A DNA stretch of 64,000 bases, taken from contig CAAFRB010000012.1 in assembly GCA_900765095.1 (NCBI GenBank), forward strand, positions 1,199 to 65,198, written 5' to 3'. A model generated the notes under the pieces. That model was not told where the DNA came from and did not search any database. It saw only the letters and a program-made list of their open reading frames with translations. The DNA is from Clostridia bacterium (GTDB lineage: Bacteria > Bacillota > Clostridia > TANB77 > UBA1234). Within the stretch, counting starts at the first letter, position 1; the number at the start of each line of letters is the position of its first letter. The position numbers and the translations under genes are program-made. This document shows positions 36,928-47,715 of this stretch, in pieces.

Positions 36928-38586
36928 TTACGTTTCCAGGTAATTGTACAGGTTCACAAAGTATTCCTCAACCATTCTCGCTGTCGAATACTGATTGGAA
37001 GTAACGATGGAAGCATACATCATGTTTGCCCACTTTTGCTTATCCTGGTAGGTCGGCAGCACCTCGTACTTAAGCAGATGCATCAACAATTTTGCATCTT
37101 CTTCATCATGGAACATGGAATTAGGATTTCCGTCACCAATGTTCCAACCGTTGACACCATGAATAGCAGCCTCTCTCCACCAGCCATCAAGAGTACTCAG
37201 GTTAAGAGTGCCATTCATTGCAGCCTTCATTCCAGAAGTGCCACACGCCTCCAAAGGAACTCTCGGATTGTTAAGCCAGATGTCCGCACCGGATACGAGC
37301 TTTTGTGCAAGAGCAATGTCATACCCCTCAAGGAAAACCACGTTATTCGGGTATTGTTTGGAAAGGTTGTAAACATTGGACAAATACTTCTTACCATCAG
37401 TATCGTTCCTATGCGCCTTACCAGCAAACACAAGCTGAATGCCATAGTTCTTGATCAAGAATTCAAACCGTTCCTTCTCTCTGAAAATGAGATTCCATCG
37501 CTTGTATTCCGTAGCACGTCTTGCAAATGCAATCAGAATATTGTCCTGCTTGAATTCAACACCAGTACGATCCTTAATCAAAGAAATAAGTTCAGATTTG
37601 CACTTCTGATGTGCATTATAAATTCCAGCAATATCATTTCTCTCAAAAGCCAAACCAATATCATTGTTTTGCCACGTTTTTTTATGAACGCCATTGGTAA
37701 TAGCAATAATATTGGGAGCTTCCTCAATCCAATGCCACATGTCACGTGCTGCAAGCACTTGAATTCTAGAAACACCATTAGCCATGGACGCAAGTCTGAG
37801 AGAAGCAACCGTCATGCCAAAGTTAGGCTCACCACCAATCTTTCTGAGTTCGTCACGTGAAAGGCCAACATTCGCACCAAGTTCCATCAACATATCAATA
37901 GGGTGAGATTCGTTACCAGCAGGTACATTCGTATGAGTTGTAAAGGCAGTACGCTCCTTAACATGTCGCCATGCACGAGAGAAGCACTCCTCATCAGTCA
38001 TGTCCAGGAAATTTGCCTTATAGAAATTTTTACGTTGAGAAATGAGCTCAAGCCCAGCAAACGCAGGATGTCCATCATTATAATGATAGCCATCAATCGA
38101 AAGCCCAAGTTTTTCAATGGCTCTCACGCCACCAACGCCCAACACAATTTCTTGTGCAATCCGTTCCTTTTCAGGCTCATCCCACGCACCGCCATACAGA
38201 TTGTAAGTGATATTCCTGAAGATATCATTCTCATCCAAATCGGTATCAAGGTAGTAAACAGGTCCATTCTTCAGTTTCCAAATTTTAACCTTAATATCTC
38301 TGTTGAAAACCTTTACAAAAACAAATTTTCCAGTATCCTCAAGATACTTCTCCCAAGCATTATTCTTAGGTTCAATATCTACGACATCACCATTATTTTC
38401 AATCTTCTGCAGAAAATATCCTTTCTTCCACAAAATGTGGAAAAACTTCATCGGATACACATCCTGGTAATCCATAACTTCCTTAATCATGTCACCAGCA
38501 AGGATTTCCAACCCTCCGCTGTACGTAAGCAGGTCGTTATAGATGCCAGAGCCCATCGAAAAATACGCGATTTTCTTGGTATACAT
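36928..38586 (-). CDS. Alpha-glucan (glycogen/starch) phosphorylase family protein, short form; strongly GC-rich relative to surroundings
   Basis: GT35 phosphorylase signature ACGTSGMKAAMNGTLNLSTLDGWW. The start was adjusted to MYTKKIAYFSMG (ATG 38584-38586, RBS AAAGGGGA). Local GC is about 48 % against about 27 % nearby. Confidence 0.7.
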   Translation of the reverse strand: MYTKKIAYFSMGSGIYNDLLTYSGGLEILAGDMIKEVMDYQDVYPMKFFHILWKKGYFLQKIENNGDVVDIEPKNNAWEKYLEDTGKFVFVKVFNRDIKVKIWKLKNGPVYYLDTDLDENDIFRNITYNLYGGAWDEPEKERIAQEIVLGVGGVRAIEKLGLSIDGYHYNDGHPAFAGLELISQRKNFYKANFLDMTDEECFSRAWRHVKERTAFTTHTNVPAGNESHPIDMLMELGANVGLSRDELRKIGGEPNFGMTVASLRLASMANGVSRIQVLAARDMWHWIEEAPNIIAITNGVHKKTWQNNDIGLAFERNDIAGIYNAHQKCKSELISLIKDRTGVEFKQDNILIAFARRATEYKRWNLIFREKERFEFLIKNYGIQLVFAGKAHRNDTDGKKYLSNVYNLSKQYPNNVVFLEGYDIALAQKLVSGADIWLNNPRVPLEACGTSGMKAAMNGTLNLSTLDGWWREAAIHGVNGWNIGDGNPNSMFHDEEDAKLLMHLLKYEVLPTYQDKQKWANMMYASIVTSNQYSTARMVEEYFVNLYNYLET

Positions 38587-38831
38587 ACCAATTCCCCTTT
38601 CTCTACAATCGCAGAAAAAAATATAGAAATGTTTTACCGTACTAATATTACAACACTCGACAAGTTTTGACAAGTTTTTCTACACATTTTGACAAGAAAG
38701 TTAAAAAAATCCCAGTTAGCATATAAACTAACCGGGCATTTGTCATGAACTAAGTACGAATAGTAACAAAAAATAGTAGATAAAACAAATTTATCCACTA
38801 TTTCGTACTATCTTCAAGTAATTATATTTCT

Positions 38832-40277
38832 TTATTCTTCCCAGCAAAGCTCTGACACAATTCCATAATGCTCTTTATACCACATCTCATGAAAAGTACT
38901 ATTGTAAGGCAATGACCAGCAATAATCTGAGTTTTTCGGTTTCTTTAAAACTATAATATTATTGCTATTATTTCTTTCCTCGTTTATGACTTGAATATTC
39001 TTTTCCTCAACAAGTTTGTTTTCATAGTATTTTCCAGCTGTATTAAGGCTTAGCAAAATCCCGAAAATTATTAATACCGCAGTAATAATATACGCTTGGG
39101 TTGCTTTTAAATCAATCTTATCAATTACCAAACAAATTAAAAGCATAAACATAAAAAGTCCTGCTAAAAGATTTCTGCCTCCTATTATAGGTGATATAAT
39201 CATCATAATCTGAGAGCCACCAAGCAATATCGCAGTTATCACTGGTTTGCTGAAGAAATTCTTTTCCGTTTTAATTCCAAACCAAATTATATTAAATAAG
39301 TAAGTAATGAATATAATAGTGATTATAACTATATTTTTAAGTGTAAGCCACGTATATGTCCCTGTCTTTATAAGATATAAGTTTACAATCAAATTTATAA
39401 AACTAAAAATACAAACAAATATATTCATTCGATTTTTTTCTTTTTCTGTTAAAGAATATATGAATATTGCCAAATTAAATAATAACACATAAGGTAGGAT
39501 TGCCTTTGTTCCTGTAAATTCATAAGTTATAAAATATAAGTTGTTCTCTATTCTTTCTAGTGTATCAGTTTCTGGATTAGAATTTAATCTAATCAATTGT
39601 GATGGAGCTAAAATTACAGTAAGCAATCCAACTAGCGTGACAAACAAAAGAACAAGAAGCTTTTTATTCTTATTAAAGAATTTATTTATTCCTTCCATTT
39701 TTGCAAACAATGTTAATAAAGTAAGGCCAAAAGCCATCATTCCAACCTGTTCAACACTAGCAGACGCCAAGAATCCAAAAATTATAGCCAGTATAAAATA
39801 CTTTTTTCCAAAGTCAATTTTATTTAAAAAATTCCAATAAACAAGCAACATAAAGATTGGATAAACATAGTTAAATGATCCTGTTATCCAATATACGCTT
39901 TGGTTTGTCACAGCAATGTCCAGAAGTCCAATAAGTGCAAATATTATTGAAAAATTTACACGCATCTTTTGGCTATTATCATTTGAAGCAATTTTAGATA
40001 CAAGATAACAGATGCCAGTAAGCATCAAACTATTAATTACACTCCATACCACAATTGGAAACTTTAGGCATATCGTATCAAGCATATGCACTATAATTCT
40101 TCCATTATCTAATTTATAATGTGTTACAAGTTTTAGTATATATTGGCTTAAATTACATTTAGCAAAACTCAAAAAATAATAATCATCACCAAAATATATT
40201 ACGTTATTATTTATAAGAAAAAACGATAAAAAGGTAATTACGCCTATCACAATATTCCAACACTTTTCTTTTTTCAT
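38832..40277 (-). CDS. Polytopic integral membrane protein (>=10 TM), function unknown (possibly glycosyltransferase/polymerase-like)
   Basis: Hydrophobicity pattern; 4-bp overlap with the upstream gene. Confidence 0.55.
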   Translation of the reverse strand: MKKEKCWNIVIGVITFLSFFLINNNVIYFGDDYYFLSFAKCNLSQYILKLVTHYKLDNGRIIVHMLDTICLKFPIVVWSVINSLMLTGICYLVSKIASNDNSQKMRVNFSIIFALIGLLDIAVTNQSVYWITGSFNYVYPIFMLLVYWNFLNKIDFGKKYFILAIIFGFLASASVEQVGMMAFGLTLLTLFAKMEGINKFFNKNKKLLVLLFVTLVGLLTVILAPSQLIRLNSNPETDTLERIENNLYFITYEFTGTKAILPYVLLFNLAIFIYSLTEKEKNRMNIFVCIFSFINLIVNLYLIKTGTYTWLTLKNIVIITIIFITYLFNIIWFGIKTEKNFFSKPVITAILLGGSQIMMIISPIIGGRNLLAGLFMFMLLICLVIDKIDLKATQAYIITAVLIIFGILLSLNTAGKYYENKLVEEKNIQVINEERNNSNNIIVLKKPKNSDYCWSLPYNSTFHEMWYKEHYGIVSELCWEE

Positions 40278-40858
40278 TTATTGTCTCTTCCCCTATCAAA
40301 AATAAATTCGACCTGACTGTCATATATTTGTATATTATTTAGCCTTTCCAATTTTCTCTTATTAGATGTAAAAATTATAGATTCCATCATATCCCAAAGT
40401 ATAACCCAGCCAACTATCGAAATCATTTCTTTTATAATAGACCATGTTGTGCTCGGCAACGCATATCCTATTAATAAGAACAATGTACCAATAATAAAAA
40501 GTGCAATAGAAATGTAGGCTTCCCATCTGTTTTCATAATCCAAATCATCTATTTCCATACCATAATTATTTTTTATGATTCTCCTTATTCTATCCTGTGT
40601 TTCTTCATCAATTTCGGGGCAATGAAATTCTAATACGATATCGTATTTAAAAGGAATTACAGATGCAACCTCCTTAATGTAATTATATATATCATCGGAT
40701 AGTATTAGCTTCTGATAATCATGGTGCATATATAGTTCATCTAATGACTCTAATTCTATTGGGATTACTGCTTTTCCATCCTCTCTAATGTAATTTATAT
40801 CAACGTAGTCTTTTTCTCTAAACTTAATTTTTTTATTTACAGCAGAAAACACTCTCAT
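40274..40858 (-). CDS. Membrane protein (194 aa) with soluble N-terminal domain and two C-terminal TM helices
   Basis: ORF coupled (ATGA overlap) to the downstream polytopic membrane protein. Confidence 0.5.
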   Translation of the reverse strand: MRVFSAVNKKIKFREKDYVDINYIREDGKAVIPIELESLDELYMHHDYQKLILSDDIYNYIKEVASVIPFKYDIVLEFHCPEIDEETQDRIRRIIKNNYGMEIDDLDYENRWEAYISIALFIIGTLFLLIGYALPSTTWSIIKEMISIVGWVILWDMMESIIFTSNKRKLERLNNIQIYDSQVEFIFDRGRDNK

Positions 40859-40983
40859 ATAATCACTCTTTCTAATAGTAAATCTGTAACATATTTTACC
40901 ATTGTTTTTTCTAAAACAAAATACTAAATTATAAGTATTGCATATAATTTTAAAAAATACGTAAAATATCTATAAATTAGATA

Positions 40984-41523
40984 TCACAAAGTGTTATCTA
41001 CACTATCAAATTTTATTTCTTTAACCAATTTTCCATCTAAAGTTTTTAAGCTTATTTTTTCCTCATCTAAAAGTAAGTAGCATCTTAAATCGCACCCCCT
41101 TGGTCTGGTTATAGAGCCTGGATTTGCTAAGATTCTGCCGTTTTCTTTTTTTAACATTGGAATATGAGTATGTCCTTGAATGAATATTTCACCACAATTT
41201 GAAGGTAAATCCCAACAATTATAATAATGTCCGTGTGTTACCGTCACGAACTTATTGTTCACATACAAGGTATCGATATCAAAAATTTGAAAATTAAGCA
41301 AATTTTCAAACTCGATCGTGTCGCAATTTCCACGTATAATCTCAACCCTGTCTTTTAATTCATTCAAAATATCTGCAAGCTTTATATTATCTTCTCTATC
41401 CACACTTGCAGCCGTATCTCCTAATATAATTAACTTATTCACATTTTCTTCTTCGCATTTATTTACTATTATATTTAATCCTTCAACATTTCCATGAATA
41501 TCTGACACAAATATATATTTCAA
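40984..41523 (-). CDS. YfcE/MJ0936-family metallophosphoesterase
   Basis: Calcineurin-like motifs VSDIHGN, LGDTAA, RGNCD and VTHGHYY..IQGHTHIP. Confidence 0.8.
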   Translation of the reverse strand: MKYIFVSDIHGNVEGLNIIVNKCEEENVNKLIILGDTAASVDREDNIKLADILNELKDRVEIIRGNCDTIEFENLLNFQIFDIDTLYVNNKFVTVTHGHYYNCWDLPSNCGEIFIQGHTHIPMLKKENGRILANPGSITRPRGCDLRCYLLLDEEKISLKTLDGKLVKEIKFDSVDNTL

Positions 41524-41677
41524 TGTAAGCTACCTCCTCACACATCTATTTTATATTATACACTATGCACAACAAGTTGCAAATTTTGTTACTTTTCAAT
41601 TAATAATTAATTTTTTCAATCCATTTCTTTACATATACACAGTTAAAAAGACCCGGCAAAATGCCGAGTCTTTTTTA

Positions 41678-42400
41678 TCACCTTAGCTCAATACCATTGA
41701 GCGCTGCGAGTTCTCTAATCTCTCGCGAGCATGTCTTTGCCATCAGGTTAGGGATACTATTCTTTAAGTAAACAAAATACTTCAAGAATAGTAACGAACA
41801 TTTCTTGGTGTACAGTGGGACAACTTCCAGCCAAGGAAGATATCCATCACAGCGCACCTGTTGAAAGTGCAATTGCTTAAGTTTCCCATATATTTCCATA
41901 CACTTCTGCATTTCCCTCTTGGACTTGTAACTCAATATTGCACTAACTGACCTAACACAATATTCTGGAATAAAAACTTTAGACTTTTTATTCATTAACA
42001 AGAGTGCATCAGGGTAATTAAGCAACATTGAGGTGTCAACCAAAATTGATCTTCCAGTCTCTTCCTCACTTTTTGTTGCAACTTCGTGGCTCTCAACAGA
42101 CGTTGTGCCAGCCTCATGACTTTCGATAATCGCTGTGCTACCATCTTCAATCGAATCCATGCTTTCCACGGTTTCCGACTCCTTGACAGTAACAAGTTCT
42201 TTTGCAAGCTTCTGCTGCTTTCCATTTTCCTCTGCAGCAGAAATCAGTTTTTCTGCCCACGCCTTCCGGATGTAGCACTTCTTGATGTGCCTCTTCAACG
42301 TGCTAACGCTGATATTGAGCTTATCAGCGATTTGTTCGAGCGACTTATGCTGTTCCTTAATCTCCCGACGATAGAAATCCTTGCTGTACACAGTATTCAA
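41678..42400 (-). CDS. HTH-domain protein with C-terminal PIN-like domain; GC-rich (foreign) gene
   Basis: N-terminal HTH LEQIADKLNISVSTLKRHIKK (resembles an IS3-family OrfA); C-terminal ILVDTSMLLNYPDAL PIN-like start; local GC about 45 %. Confidence 0.45.
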   Translation of the reverse strand: MNTVYSKDFYRREIKEQHKSLEQIADKLNISVSTLKRHIKKCYIRKAWAEKLISAAEENGKQQKLAKELVTVKESETVESMDSIEDGSTAIIESHEAGTTSVESHEVATKSEEETGRSILVDTSMLLNYPDALLLMNKKSKVFIPEYCVRSVSAILSYKSKREMQKCMEIYGKLKQLHFQQVRCDGYLPWLEVVPLYTKKCSLLFLKYFVYLKNSIPNLMAKTCSREIRELAALNGIELR

Positions 42401-42610
42401 CCTCTCCTTTTAATCTAACTGTTTAGTCTGTTCAATCCAGCTCGCTATTTTTCTACATGAAACGTTTAATTAGCCGCTCCTTTCATATTCTTTTTGAAAC
42501 CTTTTACATTGTACCACATTGACGTCGCAAAGTCAACATAATATAAATATGCTTTTTTTAGACAAAACACCCCTCTATATTGTATGTCTATTATCCACCA
42601 TCGTACAAAT

Positions 42611-43672
42611 CTAGGCATCTAAAGCATCCAGCATTTCCACAGCTACCAATTTATCTTCTACCATATAAAAAATAATTTCTCTATTAAATTTTTCAATATC
42701 CTCATAACAATATGCTTTGTCAAATTTGAAATCATAATATTCAGAATCATATTCTAAGTTCGGAATCTGTTCAATCGGTCTATTTAAAGTAGCTTCAATC
42801 TTTTCCACGCTCATTCCCAATTCTAGATTTTTAGGAAGCTTAACGTTCTTGCTATGAGTAGTTATATTCATAACACTTCTTTCAGAATCAACAGAACTAT
42901 TCACAATTCTAATGGTGAAATCGTCATATTTCACATTTTTTATAACTATACTTTGCCAATCTGTTTGTGTTTCTCCGCTTGATACCACTCTTTTTCCTAT
43001 ATCACTAATTATATCCCCACTCATACCAAGACTTACAACAGTTTCATCTTTTAACTCTATATGATAAAAATCTGATGTAAAGAAATCTGAATAATTATTC
43101 TCTGCCCTTTTCATAATACTAGTGCTCTGTTCAGGCTTAAAGTCCATTTCTGGCTCAACAGAAGTTATTAATGCAACTTGGCTTTTATCTTTAAAATAAT
43201 ATCTTGCACATCCACCTATTCCTATAAAGTCGCATCTATACATCACTAATTCACCATTTCTATAGTAATAACTTTGAAGATTCAAGAAATCGCTCGCTGG
43301 TATAATTTCCACAAGTTTATTTTTAACTATGTTTATAGTTGAATATGCGCCTTCCGTATTGAAATTTTTAACAAATTCTTCTATATCACTTCCAAGTTCA
43401 TCTGTGGTAGCCAAAGTATTGTACTGTATTCTGTCCCCAGAATTTTTATCAACCTCTTCAATATAAGAATTTATTTCATTTACATATTTTACTTTATCAA
43501 ATGTAACTTCGCCACTAGCATTAACATTATCTCCAGATTCATGGTCATTAACGCCGTTTTCTTGATTATTCTCAAACTTTGTTTTCCACACTACAACGCC
43601 AGCCACAAGAACAATCAACAGGACAACAAGAAAAAATCTTTTACCTTTCATTTTAAAATCATTCCTTTCCAT
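42611..43672 (-). CDS. Membrane-anchored/secreted hypothetical protein (353 aa)
   Basis: N-terminal signal-anchor FFLVVLLIVLVAGVVVW. Confidence 0.5.
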   Translation of the reverse strand: MERNDFKMKGKRFFLVVLLIVLVAGVVVWKTKFENNQENGVNDHESGDNVNASGEVTFDKVKYVNEINSYIEEVDKNSGDRIQYNTLATTDELGSDIEEFVKNFNTEGAYSTINIVKNKLVEIIPASDFLNLQSYYYRNGELVMYRCDFIGIGGCARYYFKDKSQVALITSVEPEMDFKPEQSTSIMKRAENNYSDFFTSDFYHIELKDETVVSLGMSGDIISDIGKRVVSSGETQTDWQSIVIKNVKYDDFTIRIVNSSVDSERSVMNITTHSKNVKLPKNLELGMSVEKIEATLNRPIEQIPNLEYDSEYYDFKFDKAYCYEDIEKFNREIIFYMVEDKLVAVEMLDALDA

Positions 43673-43742
43673 TCACTTAAATTTTTAGCCTTCTTATCTA
43701 TTATTCTTTAATCATCAAAGAAATTAAAACTAAACATTTTTA

Positions 43743-44378
43743 TCAAATAACACTTTCAAGTTTCTTTTTGGCAGGTACACCAACATATACTCCTTGTTCA
43801 GTTATGTTTTTTATAATTACCGCACCTGCACCGACAATAACATTGTCACATATATTTATATTATTTCTTACAACTGTTGCAGCACCTATGTGCGTATAAT
43901 CACCCACATATACTCTACCACAAAGCGTAGCATTTGGAGATATATGCACAAAATCACCAATTACATTATCATGTTCCACAACAGCACAAGTATTTATAAT
44001 ACATCCAATTCCTATTTTAGCAGATGAATTTATAACTGCATTAGGCATGATTACTGTGCCTTCGCCTATTTGCACATTCAATCCAATCACCGCTGATGGA
44101 TGAATTGCTGTATAATAATTTAATCTAAACTTATCGTGGATATTTCTACGAACCTTATTATCGCCTATACCATAAGCAAAATAAATATTATTATCACGTT
44201 GGTTCAAAGATGTACTATCTTCTAATGTACCCATCACAGCATAATCACCTATTATTTTGGTTCCAACTTCTACGTTATCATCTAGGAAGCCCAGCAAATT
44301 GTCACCAGATTTTATAACTATATCAGCAATAACTTTTGCATGTCCTCCAGCTCCAAGTATTATAACATCTTTATTCAT
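43743..44378 (-). CDS. Hexapeptide-repeat sugar O-acyltransferase (PglD/NeuD-like)
   Basis: N-terminal Rossmann-like IILGAGGHAKV plus left-handed beta-helix hexapeptide repeats (IGEGTVIMPNAVINSSAKIGIGCIINT...). Confidence 0.8.
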   Translation of the reverse strand: MNKDVIILGAGGHAKVIADIVIKSGDNLLGFLDDNVEVGTKIIGDYAVMGTLEDSTSLNQRDNNIYFAYGIGDNKVRRNIHDKFRLNYYTAIHPSAVIGLNVQIGEGTVIMPNAVINSSAKIGIGCIINTCAVVEHDNVIGDFVHISPNATLCGRVYVGDYTHIGAATVVRNNINICDNVIVGAGAVIIKNITEQGVYVGVPAKKKLESVI

Positions 44379-44593
44379 ACACAAATGTTTCCAAGTCCTT
44401 ATATATACTAGACTTTGAATCCTTTCCTAAAATTATACACTATATTATAATATTTTTACTTCAAGATTTCAACATTTTCACATACTAATGTCCATCCAAT
44501 TGAATAAAGGCTAGTTATTAACAATTTTCTCCCGTTTCATGCAAAATGGACACCTTTGTGGCGTCCATTAAATAAAAGAAGAAAAATATTAAC

Positions 44594-45697
44594 CTATTGA
44601 TAATTTTCAACATTTGCAATTAATGCTGCAAAGTATGGAATATCTTTATCTTTTTCTTTCAAGAACATTGCATAAGTATCGTCTAAATGGAAATATCTAT
44701 GTTCTGGTTCTTCGATTGGTGCCATGCTAGTAACTTTCATGCTGATTCCTGCTTCGCTCTTAATCTTTCCACCCTTTTCATCTAGTTCAAATTTAATTGT
44801 TTGAATAGCCTTATCTATTTCAGCTACGTTTCCATCAGCTGTCATAAATGGTTTATTTGCTAATTCTGTATACTCTTTTTTCTCATCAAATTTTATATAT
44901 GGTACTTTTAAAGAGTCATATTTTGTAAAATAAGTTTTTCCTGTATAGTTTTCTGAAGCTTCTTTTAAGTTGTTGTAAATATCTTCAAAGTTTTCACCTT
45001 TTGGAGATTTGTACAATACTACCTCATCATTATTCTTCGTTTGCAAACTTACTGCAAAATCGTCTTCTGAATTATAGAATAGTACTTTAACTTGAGAATA
45101 TACATCAGATTTTGTAGTTCCATCAATTCCAAAGTATCTAACATTATTGTACTTATCTGCAAAAGTACCATTATCTAACTTTGTAAAAACTTTAGGAAAT
45201 TCAAATTCTCTCTTAAGCATTGCATAAAAGAAATATCTTGAAATGTCTGGATTGTTTTCATCGTTTACTTGATCAGCATTCCAGCCAAAATCATCTAAAA
45301 TGTCACTAGTTTCATTAAATTTATCTTTTATTCCTTTTTCGATTTGTTCCTTAAACTTTAAGGTTTTCAATCCGTAAGCTTTGTAATAATATTCATCCGA
45401 AAGCATATCAGCAGTAAAGCCTTCTTTGTTTAAATTATTTACCATTGATGGTTGCTCCTGAAATACTATATCCTGCTTCACTACTTCATTCTTCATGTCA
45501 TTCCAAACAAGTTGAAAAGTTGCGCACCAAATCGAATCTCCCGATATTGTATCTTTTAATGTTGGTATCATTGTTATACTTGAGCTCCTTTCATACTCAG
45601 TTTTATTCTTCTCATCATTATTAGGATTTTGGGCTTCATAAGAGCACCCAGTTAACATTAAACTTCCTAGCAATATAAGTGACAAAATTCTTTTCAT
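44594..45697 (-). CDS. Lipoprotein (lipobox LMLTGC), function unknown
   Basis: MKRILSLILLGSLMLTGCSYE signal peptide with lipobox. Confidence 0.6.
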   Translation of the reverse strand: MKRILSLILLGSLMLTGCSYEAQNPNNDEKNKTEYERSSSITMIPTLKDTISGDSIWCATFQLVWNDMKNEVVKQDIVFQEQPSMVNNLNKEGFTADMLSDEYYYKAYGLKTLKFKEQIEKGIKDKFNETSDILDDFGWNADQVNDENNPDISRYFFYAMLKREFEFPKVFTKLDNGTFADKYNNVRYFGIDGTTKSDVYSQVKVLFYNSEDDFAVSLQTKNNDEVVLYKSPKGENFEDIYNNLKEASENYTGKTYFTKYDSLKVPYIKFDEKKEYTELANKPFMTADGNVAEIDKAIQTIKFELDEKGGKIKSEAGISMKVTSMAPIEEPEHRYFHLDDTYAMFLKEKDKDIPYFAALIANVENYQ

Positions 45698-45734
45698 AAA
45701 ATCACATCCTTCTATTCGTTTGACCATTAATATT

Positions 45735-46865
45735 TTATTTTTGTTCCAAAGTTTTAAAATTGAAATTCAATAATTTATTGTCATAATCAAATTCAATCTC
45801 TACATCAAAGAAATCTTCAAGTAAATCTGTAGTCCAAGTATATGGTACGTTATCTCCTTCAAATTCAAGTTTATTTGTACCAAAATAGTACTCTTTTTCT
45901 TTATATACCATAGAAGTAATTCCGCCATTATCAGACCTAGTAACACTTTCTATAACTGGAATATAATTCACAATATCCACAAAGTTAAAATAATATATCT
46001 TTTTATCATATTGATAATCAGCAGTGGTTTCAGTTGCAATTCCATTCACATTAATATTTATACTACTTGGTCTGTAATACTCTTTATATGAGTATTCAGA
46101 TAAATATTCATCATCCACATTATTGTTGTGTGCATACTCCACATAATTACATTTCACTTTATACTGACACTGTTCCATATATTTCTTATCATATTTATCG
46201 ATAGAACATGAAAAATCACCGATGTAAATGTTTGCCTGTAATGTTAAGTAACCTTTCTTTAATATCTTACTTGACTGTTTTCGTATATATTCATTTAAGT
46301 CAATCAATTCAATTACGGCGTCATCTATCTTAGAAAAATTTTCTATTCTCTTTCCATAAACATATTTGAAAAAAGTGACACCATTTTGAGTTCTAGATTG
46401 TTCTTCACTCACTAGGCCATCAATACTTTTCTTAGAAATATATTCAGAAACATATTTCTGGATAAGATATTCATCATAATCGTTAACGTTGTTTCCTCTT
46501 TCTTTATATACCGTAAATACAATGTCGTTATCGTCCCTTACTTTGTACTCTCCATCGAAAGTTTCCTTTTCATTTTTAGTATCAACAACAGTAAAATTTC
46601 CTCTGTATTGCAATCTAATTTGATTAGTAACCTCAACCGTAACTTTTTCTTTCAAAACACTCATTGCCTTAAACAAACAAGAAAAAATAAAACAACATAT
46701 AACAACAATTAATGCAATTAGTATAGCTTTTACAGTAAATACAAAAATGTTTTTATATTTCAACAACTTAACATACTTAAGATCTTGCATTTTTTCATTT
46801 TTCTTTTCTAGTGTTTCTTTATAATATTGATACACATCTTCAATATATTCCTCTTGCTTTCTCAT
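45735..46865 (-). CDS. Membrane-anchored extracellular hypothetical protein (376 aa)
   Basis: Cytoplasmic N-terminus, one TM helix (ILIALIVVICCFIFSCLF) and a Tyr/Asn-rich ectodomain. Confidence 0.5.
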   Translation of the reverse strand: MRKQEEYIEDVYQYYKETLEKKNEKMQDLKYVKLLKYKNIFVFTVKAILIALIVVICCFIFSCLFKAMSVLKEKVTVEVTNQIRLQYRGNFTVVDTKNEKETFDGEYKVRDDNDIVFTVYKERGNNVNDYDEYLIQKYVSEYISKKSIDGLVSEEQSRTQNGVTFFKYVYGKRIENFSKIDDAVIELIDLNEYIRKQSSKILKKGYLTLQANIYIGDFSCSIDKYDKKYMEQCQYKVKCNYVEYAHNNNVDDEYLSEYSYKEYYRPSSININVNGIATETTADYQYDKKIYYFNFVDIVNYIPVIESVTRSDNGGITSMVYKEKEYYFGTNKLEFEGDNVPYTWTTDLLEDFFDVEIEFDYDNKLLNFNFKTLEQK

Positions 46866-46970
46866 ACAAACATCACCAATAATATTTTACAAGATTTTCA
46901 GATTAATATAAATAGATTTTTTAAATATATTTATAGAAAATTTTAGAAGCGGCTAATTTGCACGCTTCTA

Positions 46971-47399
46971 TCATAAATACTGTCTTAAATCATTCATAAA
47001 ATTCTGTTCCAAAGTAACAATACTGTTGGCAATATCCATAGTTTCTTTAGATGCACCAGCATATTGGTTCATATACATGCTAACAGACTTTATTCCCATA
47101 TTGCAGCCATCCATCATTATGTTAGCTATCTTTTCATCCGAATCATTTACAGCCATTTTGATATCAGTAGTAACTTTCAAATTGAATTTAGCAATTGGAT
47201 GTGGTTCTTTAACATCCATGCCAGCCTCTCCTAGCTTTCCTCGTATAGTGTCCAATATTCTAACATGCTCTTCTTCATAGTTTTCAAGCATGTTTCTAAG
47301 CCCTTCATTAAAAGCCTTGTCTATAACACCTTTAATACCATCAATCCCCATCTTTACTCCAGAATCACATTCTTTTAAAAGTTCAATATCATCTGTCAT
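46971..47399 (-). CDS. Hypothetical cytoplasmic protein (142 aa)
   Basis: ORF only. Confidence 0.45.
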   Translation of the reverse strand: MTDDIELLKECDSGVKMGIDGIKGVIDKAFNEGLRNMLENYEEEHVRILDTIRGKLGEAGMDVKEPHPIAKFNLKVTTDIKMAVNDSDEKIANIMMDGCNMGIKSVSMYMNQYAGASKETMDIANSIVTLEQNFMNDLRQYL

Positions 47400-47648
47400 T
47401 TTATTAACCTCCTAATTATATTTTCATCAAGCGTACCGCAATTTCAATCTTCAAAATGATAATGCTATAAAATTAAAGTTTATTAAACAATCTACATTTT
47501 TAATCATAATTTTACATTTTTATAATAATATCAATTTTATTTTATACATATTTAAGCAAATTATTCATATACTATATCTATAAAACCGCGCCACTACTAG
47601 TGTTTATAAATTTGGTGAAAAAATTGTCAAAATTATAAAAAAAATATA

Positions 47649-47677
47649 TTGACAGTTTTTTAAATTCGTAGTAATAT
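47649..47677 (+). promoter_or_regulatory. Sigma-A promoter for tRNA operon: TTGACA - 17 bp - TAATAT
   Basis: Near-consensus hexamers 39 bp upstream of the first tRNA. Confidence 0.7.
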
Positions 47678-47715
47678 ATAGAAGCAGTCGTGATTACTGA
47701 CTGTTGTAGATATAT

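Noticed and set aside
37036-38670. Long plus-strand ORFs 37036..37860 and 37903..38670, and minus-strand 37227..37445 and 37578..37808
   Set aside because: Antisense or alternative frames of the GC-rich phosphorylase gene; high GC suppresses stop codons. The phosphorylase frame carries the conserved GT35 motifs.
44594-45697. Serpin-like reading of the lipoprotein C-terminus (GKIKSEAGISMKVTSMAPIEEPEHRYFHLDDTYAMFL)
   Set aside because: It only loosely resembles the serpin hinge/RCL and F-x-D-x-P-F-x-F shutter. It fails the serpin C-terminal PROSITE pattern (Asp where R/K/H/Q/S is required, Tyr for Phe), and the N-terminal FSPxSI region is absent.
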